From Octopus sinensis (lineage: Eukaryota): DNA of 64,000 nucleotides. Within the stretch, counting starts at the first letter, position 1. Each line of letters begins with the position of its first letter. The stretch covers positions 170,934,001-170,998,000 of the forward strand of contig NC_042997.1 in NCBI RefSeq assembly GCF_006345805.1. Direction: 5' to 3'. Below, one piece after another: positions 1 to 12,007 of the stretch. The notes under the pieces are model-generated. The model did no database searches. It was not told the DNA's origin and worked only from the letters and a program-made list of their open reading frames with translations. A program made the position numbers and the translations under genes.

Positions 1-150
1 TTCTTGTTCTGTATCATGCACTCACACATATATACAAAATTAAACAAATATTACTTTATGGACAGTGCAGAAATGCCCAAAAATAAAAAAGGGTCCCTCA
101 GGACCCCAATGGCCTTTTGTGCAATTTCAACCCTGCCTGCCTATGAAGGG
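1..150. mobile_element. piggyBac-type MITE, one end only (runs off window start)
   Basis: Ends ...CTATGAAGGG followed by TTAA (151-154), the same AGGG|TTAA terminus as the complete piggyBac MITEs in this window. Left end not seen. Confidence 0.45.
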
Positions 151-1467
151 TTAAAGGATAATAATGATGATGGCTTCTTCATGGTAATATTCTAACAACG
201 AAAGTTTCTATAAACTTCCATACACCAGATTCAGATTGAATGACTGAATATTTCTGGCCTGGTTATAATGCATGTAATCGTAAATCTGGAGCTAGACAAC
301 AATAATATCGATCCAAATCAAACATGAAAGTAATCAAATGCCACTTGGTAGGTAAGTAACTTGCATGAAAATATTAGTTTTTTTATTTTAGTGAAACCTT
401 AACTAAGACTATCTAGTCATTCATTGCTGCTTTCATACAACATACTCATCATCATATAATTTTGTTGTTCTCTCAATATTTTATTTTTCTATTTACTTTT
501 TTCTCAGACAGGAAACCACATTTCATTAGAAATACAGTTTACCTGTAACTATATTTCACTACTTATTTCAAATGAAATTCATTACCTGTGTGTTTGAATT
601 AATTTCTGTTTTGATGTAGCAGTGAGAAAAAAAACAAAACAAAAAACAAAAAAAATCCCAAGAATTTGGAATGATATAGTCAAAATAACTTACCATTACT
701 AAGATAGTGTACAAAATATAGCATTCTTATGTAAAATTATGAAGGAAGGCTTTTATTTAAATACAGGCACTTTAAGACTGTTGTACCTCTCAGAATGTGA
801 GACAGTTTTAAGTTGGTTAGTCTGAAAATGTTTTATAAAAATGTGTTCATTCAATGACTCTGCCTTCTATCATATTCTGACATACACACCAATTTAATAA
901 CTTGGAATTATGAATAGAATTTCTTTTATATTTCCTCATAATAGTAGCTGGGATTCCTTTCATTGACAATTTGCCACAATAAAAGATTGGTGAAATGATC
1001 ATGTGACTGTGTTTACATATTTGGTGGAGTCATAAACTACTGGAAATTGTCTAGTGATGAGCAAACTGAATATAAAGACAGCGATCAGTGCACTCTAACC
1101 ATAAGCATACAGATATGTACAAACATGTACATACATAAGCACAGGGGTGTTTACATAATATACATCTTTTTATTGGTTGTATACATAATATATTTCTTTT
1201 ATTGGTTTCAGACAGTGGACAGCAGTAAAGTTGGGAGAACAACTGTCAGAGGTTCTTAGTTGGTAATGTCAATCCTAGTGCATATTTCAAATATTTATTT
1301 CATTCATCTTGATATATTTAACTGTTAAGTTACAGACAACAAAGAAGGCAACATAAACACATACACACACAAACAAAAAAACTGGCTTCTGCATAGTCTC
1401 CCCAATACCAAATTCCACTCATAAGGTACTCAATCCAAGGTTGCAGTAGAAGACACTTGCTAAGGTC

Positions 1468-1762
1468 TGTTTGTTTGTTTGTTCCTTCTCGAGCCATGCC
1501 TGGCTCATAAGGGCCGGTTTCCTGGTTTCTTGGCATATAGGTTCCCCACCTGGACGGGACGCCGGCCCATCGCAAGTGAGCTGCATGATGTAGGAGGAAA
1601 GAGTGAGAGAAAGTTGTGGCGAAAGAGTCAGCAGAAGTTTCGCCATTACCTTCTGCCGGAGCCGCGTGGAGCTTAGGTGTTTCGCTCATAAACACACACA
1701 TCACCCGGTCTGAGATTCAAACCCGCGATCCCTCTGCTCTAACCACTAGGCCATGTGCCTCC
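1468..1762 (-). mobile_element. tRNA-headed SINE, family C (tail variant 1), nested in a family A SINE
   Basis: On the minus strand, head GGAGGCACATGGCCTAGTGGTTAGAGC (A box) and GGTTTGAATC (B box); body matches 50658-51038; ends in (AAAC)n. It interrupts a family A fragment (about 1340-1467 and 1763-1800) with AAGGT on both sides. Confidence 0.8.
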
Positions 1763-2133
1763 AAGGTGGCAAGCAGTGGGCTCTAACTTGTGACTAAACA
1801 ATACGTATAAGCATGCACATACACGCACAAATATATATAAAAATCTCAAATATTTCTCTAGCCATCTTAGATCTGCAAGAACAGTTTACACCAGACAAGA
1901 GTAACTTCATTTTTTTTTTTTTGAGAAAGAAGCCACCTGAGACATGGCTCATCATTAAGCAGGCAGGCTGCATTACTAAAAGAATTCAATGTAATTTTTA
2001 TTGTCCCTGAATATTTTTGTTCTCATCATTTAAAGTAATATTATTGATTGTTTGGCATCCCAACGAGTTGGTCAGCTGCACTCTTAATGGATAGTCTAAT
2101 CACACATAATGTAACAGAATATATATATATATA

Positions 2134-2379
2134 TTCTTTTACTTTTTTCAGTCATTTGACTGTGACCATGCTGGAGCACTGCCTTTAGTCGAACAAATCG
2201 GCCCCAGGACTTATTCTTTCTCAGACTGGTACTTATTCTATTGGTCTCTTTTGCTGAACTGCTAAGTTATGGAGACGTAACCACACTAACATCAGTTGTC
2301 AAGTGATGGTTGAGAGGGGGTGGGACAAACACAGACACACAAATACATGCATATCTGTCTATCTATCTATCTATCTATC

Positions 2380-2424
<45 letters not shown>

Positions 2425-2576
2425 GGTTTCTTTCAGTTTCCATCCACCAAATCCACTCACAAGGCTTTGGTTGGCCCGAGGCTATAGCAGAAGACACTTG
2501 CCCAAGGTGTCATGCAGTGGGGCTGAACCCAGAACCATATTGTTGGGAAGCAAGCTTCTTACCACACAGCCATCCC

Positions 2577-2581
<5 letters not shown>
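2134..2581 (-). mobile_element. SINE family A, full length, with internal (TA)n/(CA)n tract
   Basis: Reverse complement of the consensus seen at 11528-11931, 40195-40590 and 52958-53345: tRNA-like head, CCTTGGGCAAGTGTCTTC core, central microsatellite, ...GACTGAAACAAGTAAAAGAG tail. Confidence 0.9.
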
Positions 2582-2617
<36 letters not shown>

Positions 2618-2659
2618 TATATATATATCTATACACACACATGTATATATATATAAAAT

Positions 2660-2832
2660 AAAATACAAAATAAGACAAGAACGCAAAACATCCGGACAAC
2701 TAGATGATACAAAAGGGGACAACAAAACATCCAGATAGATGATACAAAAAAAACACGGATGGGTCATTCGAAACCTTTTATCTTCAGTCAAGAACTGGAT
2801 CATCCTTGCAATTTCGGCTGATTAATCTTGAT
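2660..2832 (-). mobile_element. Dispersed repeat fragment, Penelope-like terminus, next to (TA)n
   Basis: Near-identical inverse of 61930-62085 (GATGATCCRGTTCTTGACTGARGATA...TTCGAATGACC...CTATCTGGATGTTTTG). Repeat status is seen directly; the Penelope assignment is inference. Confidence 0.55.
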
Positions 2833-3179
2833 ATATGATGATGATGAAGGTCTCTCATCAGAGAAAGAGTGTTTTGCAATCTCTTGCTGAACAAGCTACA
2901 CAAATGATTTGTTTATAGTGATCAGCTCATTTCCTCCATCAAATTAATGTTTCCTGAACAGGTGTATGGTGTACCATGCCTCAGGTGTGAAAGTGATCAC
3001 AGAGCAATATGAGAGATGAAGTGTTTCGCTCAAGAACATAATGCACAATCCAGTACAGGAAATGAAACCGTGATCTCATGATTGTGGGTGTAACACCTTA
3101 ACTACAAGTTCATGCAACTTCATGCACATATACACATACACACAGTAAGAAACAGAGAGAGAAAATAGAGCCATAAATA

Positions 3180-3325
3180 ATGCCTATTATATCTGTGTAT
3201 ATATACATACATATATATACATATATATACATATATACACATACATATATATGCATATATACATACATACATATATACATACACATATATATATTCACAC
3301 ACATACACACACAGACAAATGCACA

Positions 3326-3372
<47 letters not shown>

Positions 3373-3380
3373 ATATATAT
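3180..3380. repeat. Compound (TA)n/(CATA)n/(CA)n microsatellite
   Basis: Directly visible; source of the spurious YIYI-rich ORFs at 3110-3449. Confidence 0.95.
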
Positions 3381-3696
3381 GTTACAAGTGTGTTCAAATA
3401 TACTACTCCGTTCAATACTAATTATATTTATTCAGTTAAACAATCTTGAAACCAATTAGCTATGTAGTATATAAATTTAATGAAGTCTGCTATCTTTATC
3501 ACATTAAAAGAGAGTTCCAATGAAATGTAATAAAACAACATATCATAGCAGCACTTAGGTAAATTTATATGAGAGATATGAAAACTACAAAATAATTTAT
3601 TTATATATGCTCCAGATATTTTAAATGTTTACATGAAGTGAATCTTTGAAATTAGGTTTTTATTTTTATAAATATGTTTTTTTAATAGGTATAAAA

Positions 3697-3981
3697 GGCA
3701 TGGCTGTATGGTTAAGAAGCTTATTTTGTAATCATTTGGTCTTGTGCCCAGTTTTATTACGCAAAACCTCAGGCAAGTGTCTTCCATTAAAGGCCTGAGC
3801 TGACCGGTGTCTTGTGAGCAGATTTGGTAGACGGAAACTGTGTAGAAGTCCATTATTAGTAAATAGATGTATGTCTTTTGTGATTGTGTTTGTCACTCAT
3901 CCCCACCACTTGACAACCTGTGTGGGTTTGTTTACGTTTCCATAACTTAGCAGTTAGGCAAAAGACCCCTACAGAATAAAT
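3697..3981 (+). mobile_element. SINE family A (decayed), interrupted by a hAT MITE
   Basis: GGCTGTATGGTTAAGAAGC head, GATTTGGTAGACGGAAACTG core; SINE-like sequence resumes after 4223. Confidence 0.75.
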
Positions 3982-4215
3982 CTATGCTGTAGAGTCGAAA
4001 CAAAAAACTTTTGACTCTGACTCGTCGTTATGTAAGTGATTGTGGTCTACATATCTCATAAAGCATATGCGTACACTCGTATTTTGAGTAGGCCTATATG
4101 TTATAACTGGTTTATATTAAAGAATAAAGATATTGTGAGTCGGAGTTGGTATAGCTTTACTGTCTACGGCTCCAGCTACCCCTTAATTGTTTCCGACTCT
4201 GACTCCACAGCCCTG
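3982..4215. mobile_element. hAT-type MITE, 234 bp
   Basis: 8-bp TSD GAATAAAT at 3974-3981 and 4216-4223. Right end CCGACTCTGACTCCACAGCCCTG; left end CTATGCTGTAGAGTCG is a decayed inverse. An 8-bp TSD is characteristic of hAT. Confidence 0.8.
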
Positions 4216-4979
4216 GAATAAATTACCGGACTTGCAGCTAACAAAAGATAGGCCTCTTTTGCTAAACTGCTAGGTTTCGGGACCATAAAGAAAGAAGCTC
4301 ACACACACACATAACAGGCTTCCATACAGTGGGAGTGAACTCAAAACCATGTAGTTGGGAAGCAAATATATATGTGCTTGTATGTGTATGCATATATGTT
4401 TATATGTGCGTCTACACACACACATATACATATGTGTGTGTGTGTGTGTGTATGTATATGAGAGAGAGAAAGAGAAAGAGAGAGATAAAAAGTGTGAATG
4501 AGTACACTTGAACCTGATTAAATAGAGTAACTATACTTATCCACGACCTGCTCCTTCTGATATGAATATTTCAGCTAATGATTAGCATGTTCTAAAACTG
4601 TAATTTGTCACAGTAATCTAGTTTTTATAGAGGAACACTATCACACACAACACGGTTGTGAATGATAAGTGAACGCAAGGTTTAAAGAGAGAGAACAAAA
4701 ACAAACAATAAACTTAGCAATGAATTTACTTTAATTGGATGGAAATACAACTTCAGTTGCTTGCTTTCCCTGTGAGATCTAGATCTATGATATCATGAGA
4801 AATATCAGCAATTCCAAGACAAAGACATTTTTTTGTAAGCTAGGTGTGATCTATGTATTTGCGGATGTGTGTTTAACCACAAAAGGCTGAAAGTAGAGAC
4901 TGATATAGGTTAAGGCCATACATATAAATTAACTTAATAGCAGCTTAATGCAATTTGTTAGCAAATTATAATGTTGATC

Positions 4980-5330
4980 CTTTCTACTATTGGCACAAGG
5001 TCTGGAGAGTGGGAGGGGATTAGTTGATTTCATCAACCCCAGTGTGTAACTGGTACTTATTACATTGACCTAGAAAGGGTGAAAGGCAAAGTCGACCTCA
5101 GCGGAATTTGAACTCAGAATATAATAATAATAATACCTATTTCTTTTTACTACCTACAAGGGGCTAAACACAGAGAGGACAAACGGATTAAGTCAATTAT
5201 ATCGACCCCAGTACGTAACTGTACTTATTTAATCGACCCTGAAAGGTTGAAAGGCAAAGCTGACCTTGGCGGAATTTGAACTCAGAACGTTACGGGAGAC
5301 GAAATACCGCTAAGCATTTGGCTCCAAATC
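4980..5330 (-). mobile_element. Two joined SINE family B segments
   Basis: Both carry the inverse of GAGTTCAAATTCCGCCGAGGTCGACTTTGCCTTTCA; the junction at about 5112-5137 has (ATT)n. Confidence 0.85.
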
Positions 5331-5449
5331 CACTCATAAGGTTTTCAGTGGCTCAGGGTTATAGTAGAAGACGCTTGCCTATGGTACCACACAATGGGAC
5401 AGAACTCGAGCTTCCCAACTTAATGTAATTTGTCAGAAAACAATAATAA

Positions 5450-5666
5450 TCCTTTCTACTAAATGCACAAAGCCTGAAATTTTGGGAGAGGGGACTAGTT
5501 CATTACATCGAACCCAATGTTTCACTAGTACTTAGTTTATAGACAACGAAAGGATGACAGGTGAAGTAGACCTTGGTGGAATTTGAACTCAGAATGTAAA
5601 GATGGACAAAATACCACCAAACATTTTGCTTGGCTTGCTAATGGTTCTGCCAGCTCACTGCCTTAA
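5450..5666 (-). mobile_element. SINE family B (short-tail form), flanked by (AAT)n and (TAC)n(TAA)n
   Basis: Inverse of TAAGGCAGTGAGCTGGCAGAA...GAGTTCAAATTCC...GTAGAAAGGATTATT. Confidence 0.85.
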
Positions 5667-5711
5667 TACTACTACTACTACTACTACTACTACTAATAAT
5701 AATAATAATTT

Positions 5712-5999
5712 GAAAAGCTGTCGAAATATAAGGACCTTGGGATTGAGATATCAAGGACATGGCAATTAAGAACCAAAATCATCCTTGTTGTTGTAGGTGC
5801 CCTAGGAATGATAAAAAAAAGTAGTGACAAATTTTTCGACCAGGTTCCTGGGAAACCAACAATCTATGAGACTCAAAAAATTGTGCTGACATCAACTGCC
5901 CACATTCTCAGGAAGTTTCTCTCCCTCTAATATATATGTGCCTTAGGACTCAGGTTGAGAACTGGCCAGAAGATGAAATAAAATGCAAATCAATTGGGA

Positions 6000-6000
<1 letters not shown>
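5712..6000 (+). mobile_element. 5'-truncated RLE-type non-LTR retrotransposon (R4/Dong-like) 3' end
   Basis: Open frame 5712-5930 = EKLSKYKDLGIEISRTWQLRTKIILVVVGALGMIKKSSDKFFDQVPGKPTIYETQKIVLTSTAHILRKFLSL*. This matches the EKxxKYxDLxxEIxRxW...VVVGALG C-terminal restriction-like endonuclease motif. It is followed by a 70-bp UTR and flanked by (TAA)n on both sides. Confidence 0.8.
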
Positions 6001-6031
<31 letters not shown>

Positions 6032-6489
6032 TAATAAAAGATGATGATGATGATGAAAATAATCTATACTTTTACAGAACTTTTAAAATAGAAATGAAAG
6101 ACATGTGATTCTTGATTTTCTTTATTATAAAATCAAAAATATTGAATATGGACAATAGGCCACAATAATCTAGGTGATGATGATGATGACTGTAAAAATG
6201 ATAAATAACTATACAAGTGGCTTTTAATCACATCTATTTCAAGGTTTAATATTTCATGTATATGAAATAGCTGTCATAAACATAGCCTGATTATATAAAC
6301 AGAACTATAAACAATCTCTAGTATTGCATTACAACCTATCATTTGGAATTGTAGCAATTTAGTAACAAACTAAAAACCACCTTTAGTTCCTCTGTTGTTA
6401 TATGTACTTTACCAAACACTCGAAGCACACACAAAAAAAAATAAATAAAAATAAAGCAAAAAAAAGCAACAACATACAAACACTAAACT

Positions 6490-6900
6490 AGGTATGGCAG
6501 TGTTGGTAAGAAGTTCACTTCACAGCCAAATGGTTTTGGGCTCAGTCCCAATGAGTGACATCTTGGGTAAGTATCTTCTACTATAACCCTGGGCCAACCA
6601 GTGCCTTGCCATTGAATCTGGTACATGCAAACTGTATGTAAGCCTCTCATATAAATATATATATACACGTGTGTGAATGTCTTTGTTTGTCATCCTGACA
6701 CCCCTGTCTGACAATTGGTAGAGGGTTTGTTTATGTTCTCCATAATTTAGTGGTTCAATAAAAGAGAGAATAAATACCAGACTTAAAAGACTCAAAACAA
6801 AACAAAACAAACCTAAGTACTAAGGTCATGTTGGACCAAAATCCTTTAAGGTGGGTGCCTCAACATGGCTGTTGTCCAATGATTGAGACAAGTAAAAAAT
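6490..6900 (+). mobile_element. SINE family A (decayed)
   Basis: Head, core, microsatellite and tail are recognisable but substituted. Confidence 0.75.
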
Positions 6901-7299
6901 AAAAGGTATAAAGACAAAAGTGTGAAGGTATACACTACACATAGCATGTCCTGTTTGTTGGCTCTATGTTGGAACAATCTTTCCAACTTAGTGCATTTGA
7001 GATTGATTAAGAAAAACTGACAAAGAGCTGGTTGTTGTCAATGCTGCCACTGCCACCACCACCAAAATGAAATAGCTGTTTATTTATTTAGAAGTAGGTA
7101 AAAGCTGAAGTTACTGACATAAAGTCATACCCCACACAACCAAGTCATACAAGGTCTGTTTTTTTTTTCTTTTTCTTTTTTTAAATGACTGACAAAAATG
7201 GATATATTGAGGTGATTTGTAAAATGGAAAGCAAATTTCAGATTTCTTCCAAAATTGTAACTTCAACATGAGACTCACAGTAATATATAAACTACTAAG

Positions 7300-7497
7300 G
7301 CGGTGAGCTGATGCCAGACAAAATACTTGGTGGTATTTCATCTGTCTTTGTGTTCTGAGTTCAAATTCTGCTGAGGTCAAATTTGCCTTTCCTCCTTTCA
7401 GGGGTCGATGAAATAAGTACCAATTGATCACAGGGGCTGATGTAACTGACTTACCCACTCCCTTGAAATTGCTGGCCTTGTGCCAAAATTTGAAACC
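7300..7497 (+). mobile_element. SINE family B with 18-bp TSD
   Basis: Perfect direct repeat AATATATAAACTACTAAG at 7282-7299 and 7498-7515 flanks the element, a TPRT signature. Confidence 0.9.
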
Positions 7498-7996
7498 AAT
7501 ATATAAACTACTAAGACTCAAATGAATGAGGGAGCTTCTGTGCGGTCACTGGAAATTGAAGAATTAGAAACCAAATCTCCTCTAATCACTAATCACATCT
7601 AACCATCATTAAAAAAAAAAAAGTGCCTTTGATTAAAGATCAGCTCAATTAGTGCTGATCTAGGTTTAAACAACAACAACAACAACAACAAGCACTGATG
7701 ACTGAGTGTGTAAGAGAGAGAAAGACAAAGAGAAAAAGAGAAGCAGGAAGTGATCTAATTCACAGAAGTGTGTGAGCCAAAGCTTGTTATCAATAATAAG
7801 ACCAGTTACTGGAAGATTGAGTATAGAAGCATACACATAAACATCCATGCACAAGCAAAAACCTTAGCATGGAGGGAATATATTATGACTGGTGTATATA
7901 CATACAATGCAAAAGTCAACGAGTTTAATAATGTAGGCATAAGCAGTATTAATAAGACAATTAATTGTATATGGAGTAAGTATAATGATAACCACC

Positions 7997-8399
7997 TACT
8001 CTTTTACTTGTTTCAGTCATTTGACTGCAGCCATGCTGGAGCACCACCTTTTTTTTTAGTCGAGCAAATCGACCCCAGGACTTATTCTTTGTAAGCCCAG
8101 TACTTATTCTATCGGTCTCTTTTTGCCAAACCACTAAGCCACGGGGACGTAAACACACCAGCATCGGTCGTCAAGCGATGTTGGGGCGACAAACACAGAC
8201 ACACAAACACACACATACATATATATACATATATACGACGGGCTTCTTTCAGTTTCCATCTACCAAATCCACTCACAAGGCTTGGGTCGGCCCGAGGCTA
8301 TAGTAGAAGACACTTGCCCAAGGTGCCACGCAGTGGGACTGAACCCGGATCCATGTGGTTCGTAAGCAAGCTACTTACCACACAGCCACTCCTACGCCT
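7997..8399 (-). mobile_element. SINE family A, young full-length copy
   Basis: CpG-retaining inverse of the consensus. A second 3' half-copy follows at about 8440-8680. Confidence 0.92.
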
Positions 8400-8679
8400 A
8401 CTATATATACATCATCATTATCATCATTGCTTTAATTCTGTTATTCTTTTGCTTGTTTCAGGCATTTGACCATGGCCATGCTGGAGCACTGCCATTAGTC
8501 GAACAAATCGACCCAAGGACTTATTCTTTCTCAGACTAGTATTTATTCTACTGGCCTCTTTTACCGAACCACTAAGTTATGGGGACACAAAGAAACCAAC
8601 ATCAGTTGTTGAGTGATAGTGGGGGAATAAACACAGACACACACACATAAATATATATACACATACATACATATATGGG

Positions 8680-9243
8680 AGGCCCAAGACCCAGGAAGAC
8701 ATGGGATGAGGTGGTGAAGCATGACCTTTGAACATTGGGCCTCACAGAGGCAATGACAAGAGATCAAGACCTTTGGAGATATGCTGTGATTGAGAAGACC
8801 AGGTAAGGAAAGTGAAATCACAGCTGTGGCTGATACCAGTGTTGCATAACCAGCCCATTTAAAAGTTTCCTTGAATCATCGGGCGATACACTGTACTTGA
8901 GAAGACCTATTGAGTCAAGTAAAATCAAAGATCAAAATGGAAATCATAGCTGTGGCTGACGCCAGTGTTGCCTGACTGGCATCCATGCTAGTGACACATA
9001 ATAAACATCATTCAGGTGTGGGTTGATGCCAGTTCTGCCCGACTGGCTCCCTGTGCCGGTGGCATGTAAAATACATCCACTACACTCTCTGAATGGTTGG
9101 TGTTAGGAAGGGCATCAAGCTGTAGAAACCTTGACAGATCAGATTGGAGCCTGGTGCAGCCTTACTGGCTTCCCAGTCCTCAGTCAAACTGTCCAACCCA
9201 TGCCAGCATGGAAAAATGGATGTTAAATGATGATGATGATGAT
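8680..9243 (+). mobile_element. (GAT)n-tailed retroposon, family E (long form)
   Basis: Ends CCAACCCATGCCAGCATGGAAAAATGGATGTTAAATGATGATGAT; internal units carry GCCAGT...ACTGGC hairpins (8961-8980, 9028-9047). Followed by a family A 5' half at about 9250-9410 (-). Confidence 0.8.
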
Positions 9244-10720
9244 AAATATATATATATATATGATGGGCTTCTTTCAGTTCCTGTCTGCCAAATCCACTCA
9301 CAAGGCTTTGGTTGGTCTGAGGCTATACTAGAAGACACTTGCTGAAGGTACCATGCAGTGGGACTGAACCCAGAACCATGTGGTTGGGAAGTAAGCTTCT
9401 TACGACACGTACCTTCTTTCCAACTGTCTCCAATAAAAATGGAAAGTTTGTTTATTTTATTTGTTTTTACTAAAATCTCATTTGTTAGTTGCATTCATTT
9501 ATGTATCACAGTCATGCACTGCATGCCTTACATTCATGCAAGAAGAGGAAGAACAACAACAACACAAACAACATCTTTGCTGCCATCACCACAACAACAA
9601 CAACCAAGTGAGAGAACATTTCTAAATAGAGACGCAAAGATGTATTTAAATTGAGGATGCACAGTTCATCAGGCGTGCAATTTTCATTCCAAGAAGAAGC
9701 CCTTGTGCTATTAAATATATATATATATATAAATGAAAAGAAGCCCTAACATGACATTTAACAACCCAATATAGCAGAAAACTAACTAATTAACAAAAAC
9801 ACCTACAACCAAAAATCACCTACCAAAGATAGTAAAATCAGGAAAAATTCCCTGAGAGAAGCTGCCATTTCAGAACAGAATACGGAGGACATGATGATAA
9901 AGACAAAATGTTAAGTGAAAATATGTTACACACATTACACACGATTGTTTGAAAGAATTGAAAATAAAGAATCTCAAAAAGCAAGAACACATAATCTTGT
10001 TATTCCAAATGAAATAAGCTAACACTAACGAACAAAGCAAACAAAATAATCTGACACAGCTAGTTCTCTCGCTATATTAGCTTATGGATCAATCAATTAA
10101 CTATACACAACTTTATTTACTGTATTAAATATAAGGTATCAACACCTAAAACAGAAATTAGCCAACACATTTTAAAACTGATGACAAATAAAAAGAAATG
10201 AAGACAAGAAACAAATTTAAGAATGAAAAAAAATAAATCACTTTTTAACTTTTTATTTTGCAGTAGTAACCACAATCTATAAATACGTGTGTATGTGTGT
10301 GTGCGTGGTTTCTACTGCGGTAGTTACTATATATATTTGACAGTAAGCAGCAGTACGTTTTCTTTCAGTATTTAAATTTGATATTAGATGGAAAAATGCC
10401 TGAAGATGCGCATTTCTAAATGTAGAATCATTATAAGTAAAAATACACACAAAAATTTTCTTGATATCAGTGCATTCATGAAGCACAAAATAATAGTGCT
10501 ATTAAGAAGTATGTTCAGGAATGTGTACAGAGATATATAACATGCTCTTCAAAATATATTTCGGTAGCAGATAGGCAAGTTCTTTAAGTGTAAAAGTTTT
10601 AAAAGACCCTTTTATGACCATATTGATGAAATACATTGTCTTTACATTTCATTTCACTTTAAAAATAATTCTGAATTCATAGAAGTTCAATAAAATAAAC
10701 ATTTTCATTATCAACCCAGG

Positions 10721-11165
10721 GTAAGGCAGCAAGCAGAGAGACGCATTAGCACAAAATGCATAATGGTACTTCGCCTATCTTAAGGCGGCGAGCTGGCAGA
10801 AATGTTAGCACGCCGGGCGAAATGCTTAGCGGTATTTCGTCTGCGTTACGTTGTGAGTTCAAATTCCGCCGAGGTCGACTTTGCCTTTCATCCTTTCGGG
10901 GTCGATAAATTAAGTACCAGTTACGCACTGGGGTCAATGTAATCGACTTAATACCTATGTCTATCCTTGTTTGTCCCCTCTGTGTTTAGCCCCTTGTGGG
11001 TAATAAAGAAATAGGTACTTCGTCTATCTTTATGCTCTGAGTTCAAATTTCACTGAGGTTGGCTTTGCCTGGTTGATGAAATAAGTACTAGTTGAACAAT
11101 GTGACTAATGTAATCAACTAGCCACTCTCCACAAAGTTTCAGGCTTTGTACCTACAGGAGAAAGG
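10721..11165 (+). mobile_element. Old SINE family B copy containing a younger family B copy (10782-11013)
   Basis: Outer direct repeat ATTATCAACC. The inner insertion is flanked by GGTACTTCGYCTATCTT at 10765-10781 and 11014-11030. Confidence 0.85.
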
Positions 11166-11527
11166 ATTATCAACCTGGAACATAACAGCTGAACAAAAAA
11201 AGGGAGAGCAACAATTTAAATGATTGATCTTATGTTGGTTGAAGAATACTTGGCTGTTCAATCATTTGAAGTACCAACTTGTTAAGGTAGTGTACAAGTG
11301 GCTGAGTATTCCAAAGAAAAGAGTACCTTTCATGTAATTATAAAGCCTAATCCACTTGACACAATGTGTGTGACAAGGCCATATTGTTCAATAAATACAA
11401 AGAGAATCCACCTGATAAGCTTTGATACTATTTCACTTGCTTACTTGCAATGAATGAACTGACTCAAAATTAAAGAGAGAGAAGAAAAAAAAAATTTTTT
11501 AATTAAAAATAAAAGTAAGTTTGCACA

Positions 11528-11931
11528 AGGCGCAGGAATGGCTGTGTGGTAAGTAGCTTGCTTACCAACCACATGGTTCCGGGTTCATTCTTACTGCGTG
11601 ACACCTTGGGCAAGTGTCTTCTACTATAGCCTCGGGTCAACCAAAGCCTTGTGAGTGGATTTGGTAGACGGAAACTGAAAGAAGCCCATTGTATATATAT
11701 ATATGTGTGTGTGTGTATGTTTGTGTGTCTGTGTTTGTTCCCCCAACATCGCTTGACAACCAATGGTGGTGTGTTTACGTCCCTGTAACTTAGCAGTTTG
11801 GCAAAAGAAACTGATAGAATAAGTACTAGGCTTACAAAGAATAAGTCCTGGGGGTCGATTTGCTCGACTAAAGGCGGTGGTCTAGCATGGCTGCAGTCAA
11901 ATGTCTAAAACAAGTAAAAGAGTAAAGAGTA
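11528..11931 (+). mobile_element. SINE family A, full length
   Basis: AGGCGCAGGAATGGCTGTGTGGTAAG (A box), GGTTCCGGGTTCATTC (B-box region), core, (TA)/(TG) tract, AGAGTAAAGAGTA tail. Confidence 0.92.
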
Positions 11932-12007
11932 AGATTAACCAGGAATTTCATAAATTTCTTAACTACTTGGCCATGCTTACAACCATCCATGGCTATGAAT
12001 ACTTTAA

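Noticed and set aside
2813-2870. Minus-strand CTGATGA...CCGAAA hammerhead
   Set aside because: The two motifs come from two different adjacent repeats separated by (GAT)n; there is no helix II pairing and no UH triplet.
2303-3449. Long ORFs rich in YI, HT or CV (also near 23581-23901, 24064-24471, 61560-61919 and 62922-63393)
   Set aside because: They are translations of (TA)n/(CA)n microsatellites and SINE bodies.
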